DNA of 64,000 bases from Rikenellaceae bacterium (GTDB lineage: Bacteria; Bacteroidota; Bacteroidia; Bacteroidales; Rikenellaceae). Both the position numbers and the translations under genes were made by a program. The notes under the pieces are model-generated. The model did no database searches, had not been told where the DNA came from, and saw only the letters and a program-made list of their open reading frames with translations. The stretch covers positions 17,423 through 81,422 of the forward strand of contig JBCQTX010000001.1 of assembly GCA_047174605.1 (NCBI GenBank). The letters run 5' to 3'. Below are positions 38,785-48,434 of the stretch, one piece after another (the stretch's first letter is position 1; each line of letters opens with the position of its first letter).

Positions 38785-40029
38785 ATGGACATTTGTTTAT
38801 CCCCGGGGGGTGTCGACGGCATCCTCACTCCCCCGTGCTCCAAGAGTTATGCACAACGCGCTCTTGCGGTAGCCCTTCTTGCCAATGGACGCTCAATTTT
38901 GAGAGGTATCGACTTTTGCGATGACAACCTCTCGGCATTGAAATGTATCGAGACACTCGGTGCTCGCGTCACAAAACTTGACCCCTCAACACTTCAGATC
39001 GATGGAGGGTTCAACCCAACTTCAAAGTATCTATCGATCGGTGAATCGGGGCTCTCAACACGCCTATTCACCCCACTCGCATCGCTGCTCGACACCCCGA
39101 TCATCATCGAGGGTCACGGTTCAATCCTAAAGCGCCCGATGACAATGATGATCGAACCACTCCAAAAATTAGGAGTTAAGGTTCGACACAACGATGGCCA
39201 CCTCCCATTTGAGGTTACGGGGCCTATCAAGGGTGGCGAAGTCACGGTGGATGGATCTGTATCATCTCAATTTATTACAGGCCTACTACTCTCACTACCA
39301 CTTGCGGAGGAGGATACTACACTTCACTCAACAAACTCGGTATCAACGCCTTATCTGGATATGACTATCGAGACAGCGCGCCAATTCGGAGTGGAGATTT
39401 CACACCAGAACTATACGGAGTACTTCATCGAAGGACGACAAAAATATACACCTGCAGATTTTAGAATCGAGGGCGATTGGAGCGCTGCATCGGCACTTTT
39501 GGTCGCGGGAGCAATTGCCGGCAGCCTCAAACTCAACAATGTATCGATGCTCTCGAAGCAGGCTGACACAGCTATCTGTAGGGCGTTGGAGCGTGCTGGA
39601 GCGGAGGTTATCAACGAGGATAATGCTATTACGGTTCATAGCCGCGAGCTCAAGGGCTTCAAGTTCAACGCTACGCAATGCCCCGATCTATTCCCAGCCC
39701 TTGTGGCATTGGCCGCTGCGGCTGAGGGAGAGAGTGTCTTTAAGGGCACTTCGAGATTGACCCACAAGGAGAGCAACCGCGCTGTGACGCTTCGTGACGA
39801 GTATGCGAAGGTGGGCATTGAGGTTACGTTGGAGGGTGATGATATAATGCGAGTTAAGGGTGGTAAGATCCACTCGACAACTGTTGACAGCCACAACGAC
39901 CACCGTATTGCGATGTCGATGGCGGTGTCGGCACTAAGAGGAGATGGTGAAATGACGATCCAAGAGGCAGAGTGTGTAGCCAAAAGCTACCCTAACTTCT
40001 TTAAGGATCTGGAGTCAATAAGAAAATAA
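38785..40029 (+). CDS. aroA: EPSP synthase
   Basis: SKSYAQR, GESG, RPM, SSQF, KESNR and DHRIAM. Confidence 0.95.
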   Translation: MDICLSPGGVDGILTPPCSKSYAQRALAVALLANGRSILRGIDFCDDNLSALKCIETLGARVTKLDPSTLQIDGGFNPTSKYLSIGESGLSTRLFTPLASLLDTPIIIEGHGSILKRPMTMMIEPLQKLGVKVRHNDGHLPFEVTGPIKGGEVTVDGSVSSQFITGLLLSLPLAEEDTTLHSTNSVSTPYLDMTIETARQFGVEISHQNYTEYFIEGRQKYTPADFRIEGDWSAASALLVAGAIAGSLKLNNVSMLSKQADTAICRALERAGAEVINEDNAITVHSRELKGFKFNATQCPDLFPALVALAAAAEGESVFKGTSRLTHKESNRAVTLRDEYAKVGIEVTLEGDDIMRVKGGKIHSTTVDSHNDHRIAMSMAVSALRGDGEMTIQEAECVAKSYPNFFKDLESIRK

Positions 40030-40149
40030 GGAAAACATAGTTTTCCGATAGCTCAGCGGCGAGCACGCCGCCCGCCGGAGGCAGTTGCACAAGTTACATT
40101 CGCTCTCTCTACAAAAAGACGATTTTCAAAAAAAATCGTCCAGAGAGCG
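40030..40149 (+). repeat. Family B repeat, copy 2
   Basis: Near-identical to 3343-3462. Its 5' minihairpin is GGAAAAC-ATA-GTTTTCC. Confidence 0.9.
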
Positions 40150-40170
40150 CCAATAAAAAACAATAGAATT

Positions 40171-41166
40171 ATGAATAGTTTTGGAAGAGTTTTTCGCGTA
40201 AGCCTTTGGGGTGAGTCGCATGGTGTACAGATTGGAGTCTCGGTGGATGGTGTAAAACCCGGTTTAAAACTCACTACAGATGACTTCACGACAGACTTGG
40301 ATCGTCGCAGAAGTGGCGCAAAAGGGACAACTCCACGCAAGGAGAGCGACACCCCTAAAATCGTATCAGGTGCATTCAACGACCACACTACAGGCGCTCC
40401 ACTAACGATAGTTTTCGAGAACGAAAATACAATATCTAAGGATTATAAAGGGCTCACAACACACTACCGTCCTTCACATTCGGATCGTGTGGCAGATGTT
40501 AAATATGGTGGTTTTCAGGACTATAGAGGTGGCGGACACTTCTCCGGAAGAATCACCCTACCACTCGTTGCAGCAGGTGTTGTGGCGAAGAAGATGCTTG
40601 GAGTAGAGGTCGCGATATCTAGCCAGATCGTGGAGCTTCACGGTGAGCGCGACAGCTCAAAATTTGAGGATATCGTTGCTAAGGCGGTGAAATCACTAGA
40701 CTCAGTCGGTGGAGTTATCGAGTGTCGAGTTAAAGGAATTCCAACAGGTGTTGGCGAGCCATTTTTCTACTCGGTGGAGAGCGTTATCTCTCATCTTCTA
40801 TTCTCAATCCCGGCGGTGAAAGGTGTTGAGTTTGGAGCGGGTTTTGAGGCAACGAGACATTTCGGCTCTGAAAACAACGACAATATTATCAACGCAGAGG
40901 GTACTACGCAGAGCAATAACGATGGTGGAATTAATGGCGGTATCTCGAATGGAAACGAGATTGTAGTTCGTGTAGCGATCAAACCTACAGCGAGCATATC
41001 GAGCCCACAGGAGACCTTCAACACTGAGAGCGGAGCGGTTGAACCATTGGTGATTCATGGTCGCCATGACGCGTGCATCGCACTACGTGCCGGGGTTGTT
41101 GTCGAGTCCGCTATTGCTATCGCCTTGGCAGATTTGATACTTTGCGTGCAGAGTCCAGCGAGATAA
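40171..41166 (+). CDS. aroC: Chorismate synthase
   Basis: GESHG, RPSH, GGGHFSGR, GGINGGISNG and GRHDAC. Confidence 0.96.
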   Translation: MNSFGRVFRVSLWGESHGVQIGVSVDGVKPGLKLTTDDFTTDLDRRRSGAKGTTPRKESDTPKIVSGAFNDHTTGAPLTIVFENENTISKDYKGLTTHYRPSHSDRVADVKYGGFQDYRGGGHFSGRITLPLVAAGVVAKKMLGVEVAISSQIVELHGERDSSKFEDIVAKAVKSLDSVGGVIECRVKGIPTGVGEPFFYSVESVISHLLFSIPAVKGVEFGAGFEATRHFGSENNDNIINAEGTTQSNNDGGINGGISNGNEIVVRVAIKPTASISSPQETFNTESGAVEPLVIHGRHDACIALRAGVVVESAIAIALADLILCVQSPAR

Positions 41167-42005
41167 TGGGACGCAGAGAGCTACTCAACCACCTCACCTC
41201 TTTGGCCGAACCGATATATGGCAGGGGAGAGGCTACCCAGATCGCACGTATGATCTTGGAGGAGGTGGGAGGAGTCTCTTACACTCAAATCATTGCTGAC
41301 CCTGATGCCGAATGTGAGATCAAAGAGCTTGAGAGAATCGAGCGAGAGATCACGGCTTGCAGGCCTATACAATATATAATAGGGGAGGCTGACTTTTGCG
41401 GCTTTAGAGTCGCTGTTCGCGAAGGGGTACTGATCCCTCGGCCGGAGAGCGAGGAGTTGATAGAGTGGGTTGTGAGTGAGGCTACGGGGAGTGAGCGTAT
41501 ATTAGATATAGGTACGGGAAGCGGTGCACTATCCATTGCATTGAGTAGCGCACTTCCCCAGAGCGATGTTACAGCGATCGATATCTCGAAGGAGGCTCTT
41601 GAAATCGCACGCCAAAATGGGGCGCTATTAGCTCCTAAGGTTAAGTTTGTGGAGGGTGACGCATTACGAGGAGTTGAAAATTATGTGGAGGGGGAGTTTG
41701 ATATTATACTCTCTAATCCACCATATATTCCACAGTGTGAGCAAGTTGCGATGCGCAAAAATGTGGTGGATTTCGAGCCACACCTAGCGCTCTTTGTTCC
41801 GGATAATGATCCGCTTCTCTTCTATCGAGAGATTGCGAGATCGGCAAAGGGGTTACTCTCAAAGGGTGGAAAATTATATTATGAGATCCACGAAAACTTT
41901 GCTGAACAAACCGCTCAAATGGTCAAAGAAGAGGGGTTTAAAGAGGTGGAGATCAGAAGAGATATCAACGATAAAGCGAGAATGATATGCGCGAAAAGGG
42001 GATAA
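41166..42005 (+). CDS. prmC: Release factor glutamine methyltransferase
   Basis: PIQYIIG, VLIPRPESEEL, DIGTGSG and SNPPY. The start overlaps the aroC stop (TAATG). Confidence 0.94.
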   Translation: MGRRELLNHLTSLAEPIYGRGEATQIARMILEEVGGVSYTQIIADPDAECEIKELERIEREITACRPIQYIIGEADFCGFRVAVREGVLIPRPESEELIEWVVSEATGSERILDIGTGSGALSIALSSALPQSDVTAIDISKEALEIARQNGALLAPKVKFVEGDALRGVENYVEGEFDIILSNPPYIPQCEQVAMRKNVVDFEPHLALFVPDNDPLLFYREIARSAKGLLSKGGKLYYEIHENFAEQTAQMVKEEGFKEVEIRRDINDKARMICAKRG

Positions 42006-42502
42006 AGACAAAGACACCGGAGCAGGCTCTAAACTCACTGATGGCACTATGCGCACGTGCGGAGAAGTCATCGGGGGATGCATATCGTCTAATGGCGAGG
42101 TGGGGAGTCGAGAAGAGTGAGCAACCAAAGATATTGGAGCAACTCATCAAAGATCGCTTCATCGATGACGAACGTTTCGCGGCAGCATATATCCGCGACA
42201 AGATAAACCTAAGCGGTTGGGGGCGATTCAAGATCCAAGCTCAACTAAGTCAAAAGGGGGTGGCGAAAGAGATTATCGAGGAGCAGCTCTCAACCATTGA
42301 CAAGGGGAGGATGGATGAACGTTTGGAGCAGCTAATCGAGAGGCGAGCTCGCACCACAAAATATACAACAAAATACCAACTACGAGATAAATTGATCAGA
42401 TATGGCGCATCGTTAGGCTACGATTTTTCGAGTGTGAACGAAGCGGTAACCAAAGCTATATCCGATATAAAAAATGAGGAAGAGGAATGTTACGACTTTT
42501 AA
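41987..42502 (+). CDS. recX: Regulatory protein RecX
   Basis: LCARAEK, FIDDERFA and WGRFKI..L..KGV. Confidence 0.88.
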   Translation: MREKGIKTKTPEQALNSLMALCARAEKSSGDAYRLMARWGVEKSEQPKILEQLIKDRFIDDERFAAAYIRDKINLSGWGRFKIQAQLSQKGVAKEIIEEQLSTIDKGRMDERLEQLIERRARTTKYTTKYQLRDKLIRYGASLGYDFSSVNEAVTKAISDIKNEEEECYDF

Positions 42503-44214
42503 CCACACTAGCACTACTACTGCAGCTAACAACCACATATGCAGCGACATATAACTTCGACGAATTTATTTTTCCGGTCGAGAACACCGTTCGTCTCTAC
42601 TCCGGATCATTTGGCGAGATGCGCACCGACCACTTCCATTCGGGGGTAGATATCAAGACCGATGGCGTTGAGGGCAAGAGGGTTGTAGCCTCGAATGATG
42701 GCTATGTATCGCGTATCTCACTCTCCCCATTTGGATATGGACTTGCGATCTATATTGCCCACCCGAATGGCTCAACAACGCTCTGTGGTCACCTCTCAAA
42801 ACTACGCGAAGATATCCACGAATATATGGAAAAGGAGAGGTATCGAACGCGACAACACTCACTCAACATCTATCCGGATGCCTCGAAATTCCCTGTAAAA
42901 AGGGGCGATTTGGTGGCCTTCTCCGGAAATTCAGGCTCTTCGGCTGGACCACACGTCCACTTCGAGGTGCGAGATGGAGCGCAGCGCCCACTAAATCCGG
43001 TGAAGTTAGGAATTATCAATCCGACAGATAGCATACGACCAACGATACTGAACATATACTATACTGAAACAGAGACAATTGACGGTGTATGCTACACAAA
43101 GGGGGTAAATAAATACCCCGTCACCCACACCTCCAATGGAGAGTACACACTCACCGAGCGAGATAAAATATGGGTAGGTCGCGAGGGATATCTCATCTTC
43201 GAGGTTACGGATCGTAGGAATGGGGTGACGAACACCTTTGGAGCGTACTCCATAAGCGCATCGATCGATGATAAGCCATTTTATAACTTTCAGCACGATG
43301 GTTTCTCGTTCGCGCAGACTCGTTATTGCAACGCAATCAGCTACTATCCATACCAAACATCGACCCGTTCGGAGCACTATCGCCTCAAGAGGTTGGAGGG
43401 TGTTCCGCGTGAATTGATCAAATATACCGACAACAATGGAGTGATCACGACTCAGGCAGGTGATGAGAGGGTGGTAAAGATCACAGCTGTGGATGATATG
43501 GAGAACAGCTCGACACTCAGTTTTAAGATCAAGGGGAAGGATGATGCCGATTGCTTCAAAGCTGAGTCAGCATCGGCGGATAAGATCATCAGACCCTCAA
43601 AGAGCTCGACATTTATCGAGGGAGATCTTAGGGTGAGCATCCCGGCAGGGGCGATCTACGAAGCTGTAATCTTCTCATCCAGCGTTAGCGATGTCGATGC
43701 TGAGGAGTTCCCATCAAGTATCAAGATATACTCCAAAAACCACACTGTGATGAGTGGTGATACACCTTTGCAAAGTGCAATAGAGGTCTCGATATCAGCT
43801 GATATTCCACAAGAGGAGCAGCCACACGTAATGATGATTTTGACCAGTCGAAGTGGCCGAAGTTCAATGATTGACGCCAAATATAGCGATGGTAAGGTGA
43901 GTGCATCGACCAGAACGGTGGGCAGCCTATTTGTCGCTGTGGATGATGTTGCCCCATCGATCACACCATCCTTTGCTGAGGGGGATGTTTTGACCAACGC
44001 CTCACGAATAACATTCAAGGTATCGGATAATTATAGCGGTCTAAACAACTACTCCGCAACACTCGATGGAGAGTGGATCGCACTCGATTTGAGTGGATCG
44101 CAGCTCTCACACACATTCAAAAATAGGGCCGACGGAGAGATTCATGAGGTGAAGATCACGATCACGGACAGGTGTGAAAATTCAACAACCGTAACTCGGA
44201 CGTTTAGACGTTAG
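42487..44214 (+). CDS. M23 family metallopeptidase, secreted
   Basis: Signal peptide, FGEMR.DHFHSGVD, GYG and GNSGSSAGPHVHFE. Confidence 0.88.
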   Translation: MLRLLTTLALLLQLTTTYAATYNFDEFIFPVENTVRLYSGSFGEMRTDHFHSGVDIKTDGVEGKRVVASNDGYVSRISLSPFGYGLAIYIAHPNGSTTLCGHLSKLREDIHEYMEKERYRTRQHSLNIYPDASKFPVKRGDLVAFSGNSGSSAGPHVHFEVRDGAQRPLNPVKLGIINPTDSIRPTILNIYYTETETIDGVCYTKGVNKYPVTHTSNGEYTLTERDKIWVGREGYLIFEVTDRRNGVTNTFGAYSISASIDDKPFYNFQHDGFSFAQTRYCNAISYYPYQTSTRSEHYRLKRLEGVPRELIKYTDNNGVITTQAGDERVVKITAVDDMENSSTLSFKIKGKDDADCFKAESASADKIIRPSKSSTFIEGDLRVSIPAGAIYEAVIFSSSVSDVDAEEFPSSIKIYSKNHTVMSGDTPLQSAIEVSISADIPQEEQPHVMMILTSRSGRSSMIDAKYSDGKVSASTRTVGSLFVAVDDVAPSITPSFAEGDVLTNASRITFKVSDNYSGLNNYSATLDGEWIALDLSGSQLSHTFKNRADGEIHEVKITITDRCENSTTVTRTFRR

Positions 44215-44281
44215 GCTATTTACATTTTTTTTATTACTTTTGCATCTAATTAAGTTTTAACAATCTAAATTAACATTAAAT

Positions 44282-45253
44282 ATGTCACTATTTAACACAT
44301 TAAACACAGCGGACACCTTGGCTAGCGAAGCGGTAGAGGTGGTAGAGGCTGCAGCTGAGATCCCTGCGGATAGCATGGCCAATATCAAAGTATTAGAGAT
44401 TCTGAACACCCTCAACCAAACAGATCAGAGTCAAATCAAAGAGCTAATAGCAACTATTAGCAAGGAGTTGATCCACTTCGGAGCAAATGTACTCATCGCG
44501 GTTCTGATCTACTACGTAGGAAAATGGTTGCTCAAGCGCGCGCTGATGTTGATGGATATTACCTTCGAAAAGCGTAAGATTGAGGTGTCGGTAAGGTCGT
44601 TCTTGAAGAGTATGGTCTCGATCGTATTCTATATCTTGCTGATCCTTACGATAATACAACTTCTTGGAATCAACACCACATCGCTTGTCGCAATGCTTGC
44701 TTCAGCCGGTTTGGCTATTGGTATGGCACTTAGCGGTACGTTGCAGAACTTCGCAGGTGGAGTTATGGTACTATTCTTGAAGCCTTACAGAGTGGGTGAC
44801 TACATCACGGCACAGGGTGCTTCGGGAGTTGTGAAGGAGATTATGTTGTTCACAACAGTGCTTGAGACTGTCGATCGCCACACGATCTTTGTCCCTAATA
44901 GCTCTATCTCATCATCGATTATTGACAATGCAACATATGCAGATACTCGTCGTGTCGATTGGTCGATCGGTATTACATATGGGGATTCAGTGGCAGAGGC
45001 TCGCAAGGTGATCCTAGATATCTTGGCACAAGATAGTCGAATCTTTAATGATCCGGCAAATCCAGCAACTATGCCGATGGTTGGAATCACGGAATTGGCA
45101 GATAGCTCAGTGAATTTGGCTGTTCGCGCATGGGTCAAGACTCCAGATTATTGGGGAGTATATTTCGAGATCTATGAGCAGCTATATGATACTCTACCGA
45201 AGAGAGGTCTTAGCTTCCCATTCCCACAGCTTGATGTTCATATCCAGAAATAA
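44282..45253 (+). CDS. mscS: Small-conductance mechanosensitive channel
   Basis: GLAIGMALSGTLQNFAGG, KPYRVGD, VPNS and FPFPQLDVH. Confidence 0.92.
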   Translation: MSLFNTLNTADTLASEAVEVVEAAAEIPADSMANIKVLEILNTLNQTDQSQIKELIATISKELIHFGANVLIAVLIYYVGKWLLKRALMLMDITFEKRKIEVSVRSFLKSMVSIVFYILLILTIIQLLGINTTSLVAMLASAGLAIGMALSGTLQNFAGGVMVLFLKPYRVGDYITAQGASGVVKEIMLFTTVLETVDRHTIFVPNSSISSSIIDNATYADTRRVDWSIGITYGDSVAEARKVILDILAQDSRIFNDPANPATMPMVGITELADSSVNLAVRAWVKTPDYWGVYFEIYEQLYDTLPKRGLSFPFPQLDVHIQK

Positions 45254-45275
45254 TAATAACTAATTTATATTAATA

Positions 45276-45713
45276 ATGAAAATGAATGAAATCTTGGCGA
45301 TCTCAGGTCAGCCAGGTCTATATCGCTATGTAGCACAATCAACACGTGGTGTAATCGTTGAGGCCCTTACAGATGGCAAACGTAGCAACGTATCAGGAAG
45401 TGTAAATGTTAGTGCACTAAGCGAGATATCAATGTTTACTGAGGGTGAGGATATTGCTCTTGCATCGGTATTTACAAATATCTATAACCTATACGAGGGA
45501 AAAGAGGCTATCAGCCACAAGGATTCGGCAGATAATATCAAGGAGGCGTTTGCAAATGCTCTTCCGGAGTATGATCGCGATCGAGTGCGTGTGTCAGATA
45601 TGAAGAAGTGCTTCGCATGGTACAACGCACTTATCAAGGCTGGCGCAACATCGTTCGACCTTCCATCATCTGAGGCTGCTGCAGAGGAGTCGACAGAGCA
45701 GAGCGCTGAGTAA
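45276..45713 (+). CDS. Conserved Bacteroidota protein (DUF5606-like)
   Basis: ILAISGQPGLY, SALSEISMFT and LPEYDRDRV..SDMKK..WYN.L. Confidence 0.72.
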   Translation: MKMNEILAISGQPGLYRYVAQSTRGVIVEALTDGKRSNVSGSVNVSALSEISMFTEGEDIALASVFTNIYNLYEGKEAISHKDSADNIKEAFANALPEYDRDRVRVSDMKKCFAWYNALIKAGATSFDLPSSEAAAEESTEQSAE

Positions 45714-45722
45714 TTCTGGCCG

Positions 45723-46745
45723 ATGAAGATCGCAGATATTGAGCTAGGGCATGAGCCCCTATTTTTGGCACCTATGGAGGATGTCACAGATCCTTCGTTT
45801 CGATATATGTGCAAGGGATTTGGGGCGGATGTTGTCTACACAGAGTTCATATCGAGCGATGGATTGATCCGCGATGCATGGAAATCGCGCGCTAAATTGA
45901 ATCTCGATGAGGCGGAGCGACCAGTAGGAATCCAAATCTATGGCCATCTGATTGAGCCGATGGTGGAGGCGGCACGCATTGCTGAGAGCGCTGCACCCAA
46001 TATTATCGATATTAACTTCGGGTGTCCGGTGAAGAAGATCGCAGGTCGTGGAGCTGGCTCGGGGATGATGCGCGATGTTCCGCTTATGGTGGAGATGACA
46101 CGCCAAATTGTCGAGGCTGTTAAGACTCCCGTCACGGTCAAGACACGATTGGGGTGGGATGAGGAGAGCAAAAACATTGAGGAGATCGCTCTGAGATTGC
46201 AGGATGTTGGTATCGCAGCACTCACGATACATGGTCGCACTCGTGCGCAGATGTATAAGGGTGAGGCGGATTGGAGCTTGATTGGTGCGGTGAAGAATAA
46301 TCCGCAGATCAAGATCCCGATTATTGGCAATGGAGATGTTGATTCGGGTGAGAAGGCTCGCGAAATGTTCAATCGCTATGGGGTTGATGGTGTGATGGTT
46401 GGACGTGCTACATATGGTCGTCCTTGGATCTTCCGTGAGATGCGCCACTTCTTAACCACTGGCGAGGTATTGCCTCAACCAACAGTGTTAGAGAGAGTTG
46501 AGATTGCACAACGTCACCTCACAAGATCGATAGAGGTCAAGGGTGAAAAGGTTGGAATCCTCGAGATGCGACGACACCTATCGAACTACTTCAAGGGGCT
46601 ACCCAACTTCAAGGAGACACGACTAAAACTCGTGACGCTCAATGATCCGAATGAGCTGCGAGAGGTTATCGGCTCGATCGCAGAGAGGTGGGGAGATCAT
46701 GATCTGAGTATGGCTGTTCCTCCGCCGCTTTCGCACGAAATATAA
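45723..46745 (+). CDS. dusB: tRNA-dihydrouridine synthase B
   Basis: LAPMEDVTD, DINFGCP, KTRLGWD, HGRT and GNGD. Confidence 0.93.
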   Translation: MKIADIELGHEPLFLAPMEDVTDPSFRYMCKGFGADVVYTEFISSDGLIRDAWKSRAKLNLDEAERPVGIQIYGHLIEPMVEAARIAESAAPNIIDINFGCPVKKIAGRGAGSGMMRDVPLMVEMTRQIVEAVKTPVTVKTRLGWDEESKNIEEIALRLQDVGIAALTIHGRTRAQMYKGEADWSLIGAVKNNPQIKIPIIGNGDVDSGEKAREMFNRYGVDGVMVGRATYGRPWIFREMRHFLTTGEVLPQPTVLERVEIAQRHLTRSIEVKGEKVGILEMRRHLSNYFKGLPNFKETRLKLVTLNDPNELREVIGSIAERWGDHDLSMAVPPPLSHEI

Positions 46746-46748
46746 AAA

Positions 46749-46780
46749 AGAAGCTGTATAAAAAATTTTATACAGCTTCT
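46749..46780. terminator. Hairpin made of family A terminal repeats; probable bidirectional terminator
   Basis: AGAAGCTGTATAAAA-aa-TTTTATACAGCTTCT lies between convergent genes and matches the ends of 15930-16053. Confidence 0.6.
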
Positions 46781-46785
46781 ATCGG

Positions 46786-47385
46786 TTACTTTACATAATG
46801 AATCCTTTCAGGCTTCCACTTATCCTTAATCTTAGGCTCTGAATCCGGATATCCAACTGGCACAAAACATAGAGGAATGAGATTGCTAGGGATCGATAGT
46901 ATCTCGCGCAATGCGTTGACTCTCTCCATATTAGGATATCCGCCAGTCCAGACAGTACCAAGCCCAAGGGAGTTGGCTGCAATAAGCATATTCTCGGTCG
47001 ATGCAGCAGCATCCACAACCCAGAAATCGGGACTTGAATTCTCGCCACCCTGCTCCAAATCACCACAAACCACGATTCCCAACTGTGCAGTAGCAGCCAT
47101 CTTTGCACCACTAATACGTGAGGCTATCTCATCCAGCTTCTCACGACTCTCAACCACATAATATGCCCAAGGTTGACGATTCATCCCCGTTGGTGCAGCC
47201 ATCGCCGCACGCAACATGATCTCGACCTTCTCTGCCTCGACAGGTTGCGATGTGTAACTTCTCACACTCGAACGCGTCATGATAGCCTCGATGGCATCCA
47301 TTCCTCCACTGCTCTTCTGGGCAGAGACACATCCTACACTCACCATGACAAATGCCACTAGTGCTACATAAATTCCTCTCTTCAT
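46786..47385 (-). CDS. Nitroreductase family protein with N-terminal signal peptide
   Basis: RSSVRSY, AAPTGMNRQPW, LGLGTVW and VGYP. Confidence 0.9.
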   Translation of the reverse strand: MKRGIYVALVAFVMVSVGCVSAQKSSGGMDAIEAIMTRSSVRSYTSQPVEAEKVEIMLRAAMAAPTGMNRQPWAYYVVESREKLDEIASRISGAKMAATAQLGIVVCGDLEQGGENSSPDFWVVDAAASTENMLIAANSLGLGTVWTGGYPNMERVNALREILSIPSNLIPLCFVPVGYPDSEPKIKDKWKPERIHYVK

Positions 47386-47501
47386 ATTTTATTCAAAAAA
47401 ATTAGTGATATGCGCAAACATACATAAAAATAGAATATTGTGCAAAAAATCATAAAAAAAAGTTAACTTTGTCGTGAGACCAAAACTAAAACAGGATAAC
47501 A

Positions 47502-48428
47502 ATGAAAAACCTAACAAAAATTACAATCTCGCTATGTGCAATGTGTGTATGCTCTATTGCTCAAACAGCAGCGCAAAAACAGATCTTACCAGATTTTCAC
47601 GCCGATCCATCGGCTCACTATTGGGATAATAAATTTTGGATATACCCATCAACCGACGAGCCGGGTAGCACCTCATGGGCTGAGATGAAACAGTGGCACT
47701 GCTACTCTTCGACCGACCTTGAGGAGTGGACTTGCGAGGGTAAGATCTTCTCGCTCGATGATGTTAGCTGGGCGGATGATTGCGCATTTGCTCCAGATGC
47801 TGTGAAGTGGAAGGGGAAATATTACTTTGTTTTCCCAGCGAGCAAACACGTTGGAATCGCAGTGTCGGACAGACCAAATGGACCTTTTAAGGATGCAATC
47901 GGGAAACCACTCATCATGGATCGCGAGTGCAAGGGGGTCAGCTCGTTTGACCCATGCCTATTTGTCGATGATGATCACACACCATATATATATTATGGTG
48001 GCGGTGGCGGAGTGGCTGTTGCCAAGATGAAGGATAATATGACGGAGCTAGATAGCGAGATCACAAAGCTACCACTGGATGAGTATGCCGAGGGAATTTG
48101 GGTGCACAAGCGCAAAGATACATACTACTTCACATATCCTAACCACTACAAAGATGAGGAGGGTAATATCAAACAGAAGTTGGTATATTGCACCGCACCA
48201 TCTCCGATGGGACCATTTACATTTCATGGCGAGTTCTTCGATAATAAATCGAGAAATTCGCACCACTCGATCATCGAGATTGATGATAAATGGTATCTAT
48301 TCTACCATATTCAAGGGCCAAGTGCATATGAACGCAGGGTGTGTGTCGACTACCTTGAGTACAATGCAGATGGCACAATCAAACAGGTTAAGATGACTAA
48401 AAAAGGTATCAAACCACTAAAGAGATAA
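47502..48428 (+). CDS. Glycoside hydrolase family 43, secreted
   Basis: HADPSA, FAPD, FDP and AEG catalytic-type motifs; ERRVCVDYL. Confidence 0.85.
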   Translation: MKNLTKITISLCAMCVCSIAQTAAQKQILPDFHADPSAHYWDNKFWIYPSTDEPGSTSWAEMKQWHCYSSTDLEEWTCEGKIFSLDDVSWADDCAFAPDAVKWKGKYYFVFPASKHVGIAVSDRPNGPFKDAIGKPLIMDRECKGVSSFDPCLFVDDDHTPYIYYGGGGGVAVAKMKDNMTELDSEITKLPLDEYAEGIWVHKRKDTYYFTYPNHYKDEEGNIKQKLVYCTAPSPMGPFTFHGEFFDNKSRNSHHSIIEIDDKWYLFYHIQGPSAYERRVCVDYLEYNADGTIKQVKMTKKGIKPLKR

Positions 48429-48434
48429 CAGACG

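Noticed and set aside
41073-41165. Cys-rich N-terminal extension of prmC
   Set aside because: It overlaps aroC. The TAATG coupling at 41164-41168 marks the real start.
45759-46448. 229-aa minus-strand ORF (also 1310-1966, 58351-58959, 33077-33840 and similar)
   Set aside because: These are antisense shadows of well-conserved genes (dusB, ilvB, pepD, proB) and show no recognisable motifs.
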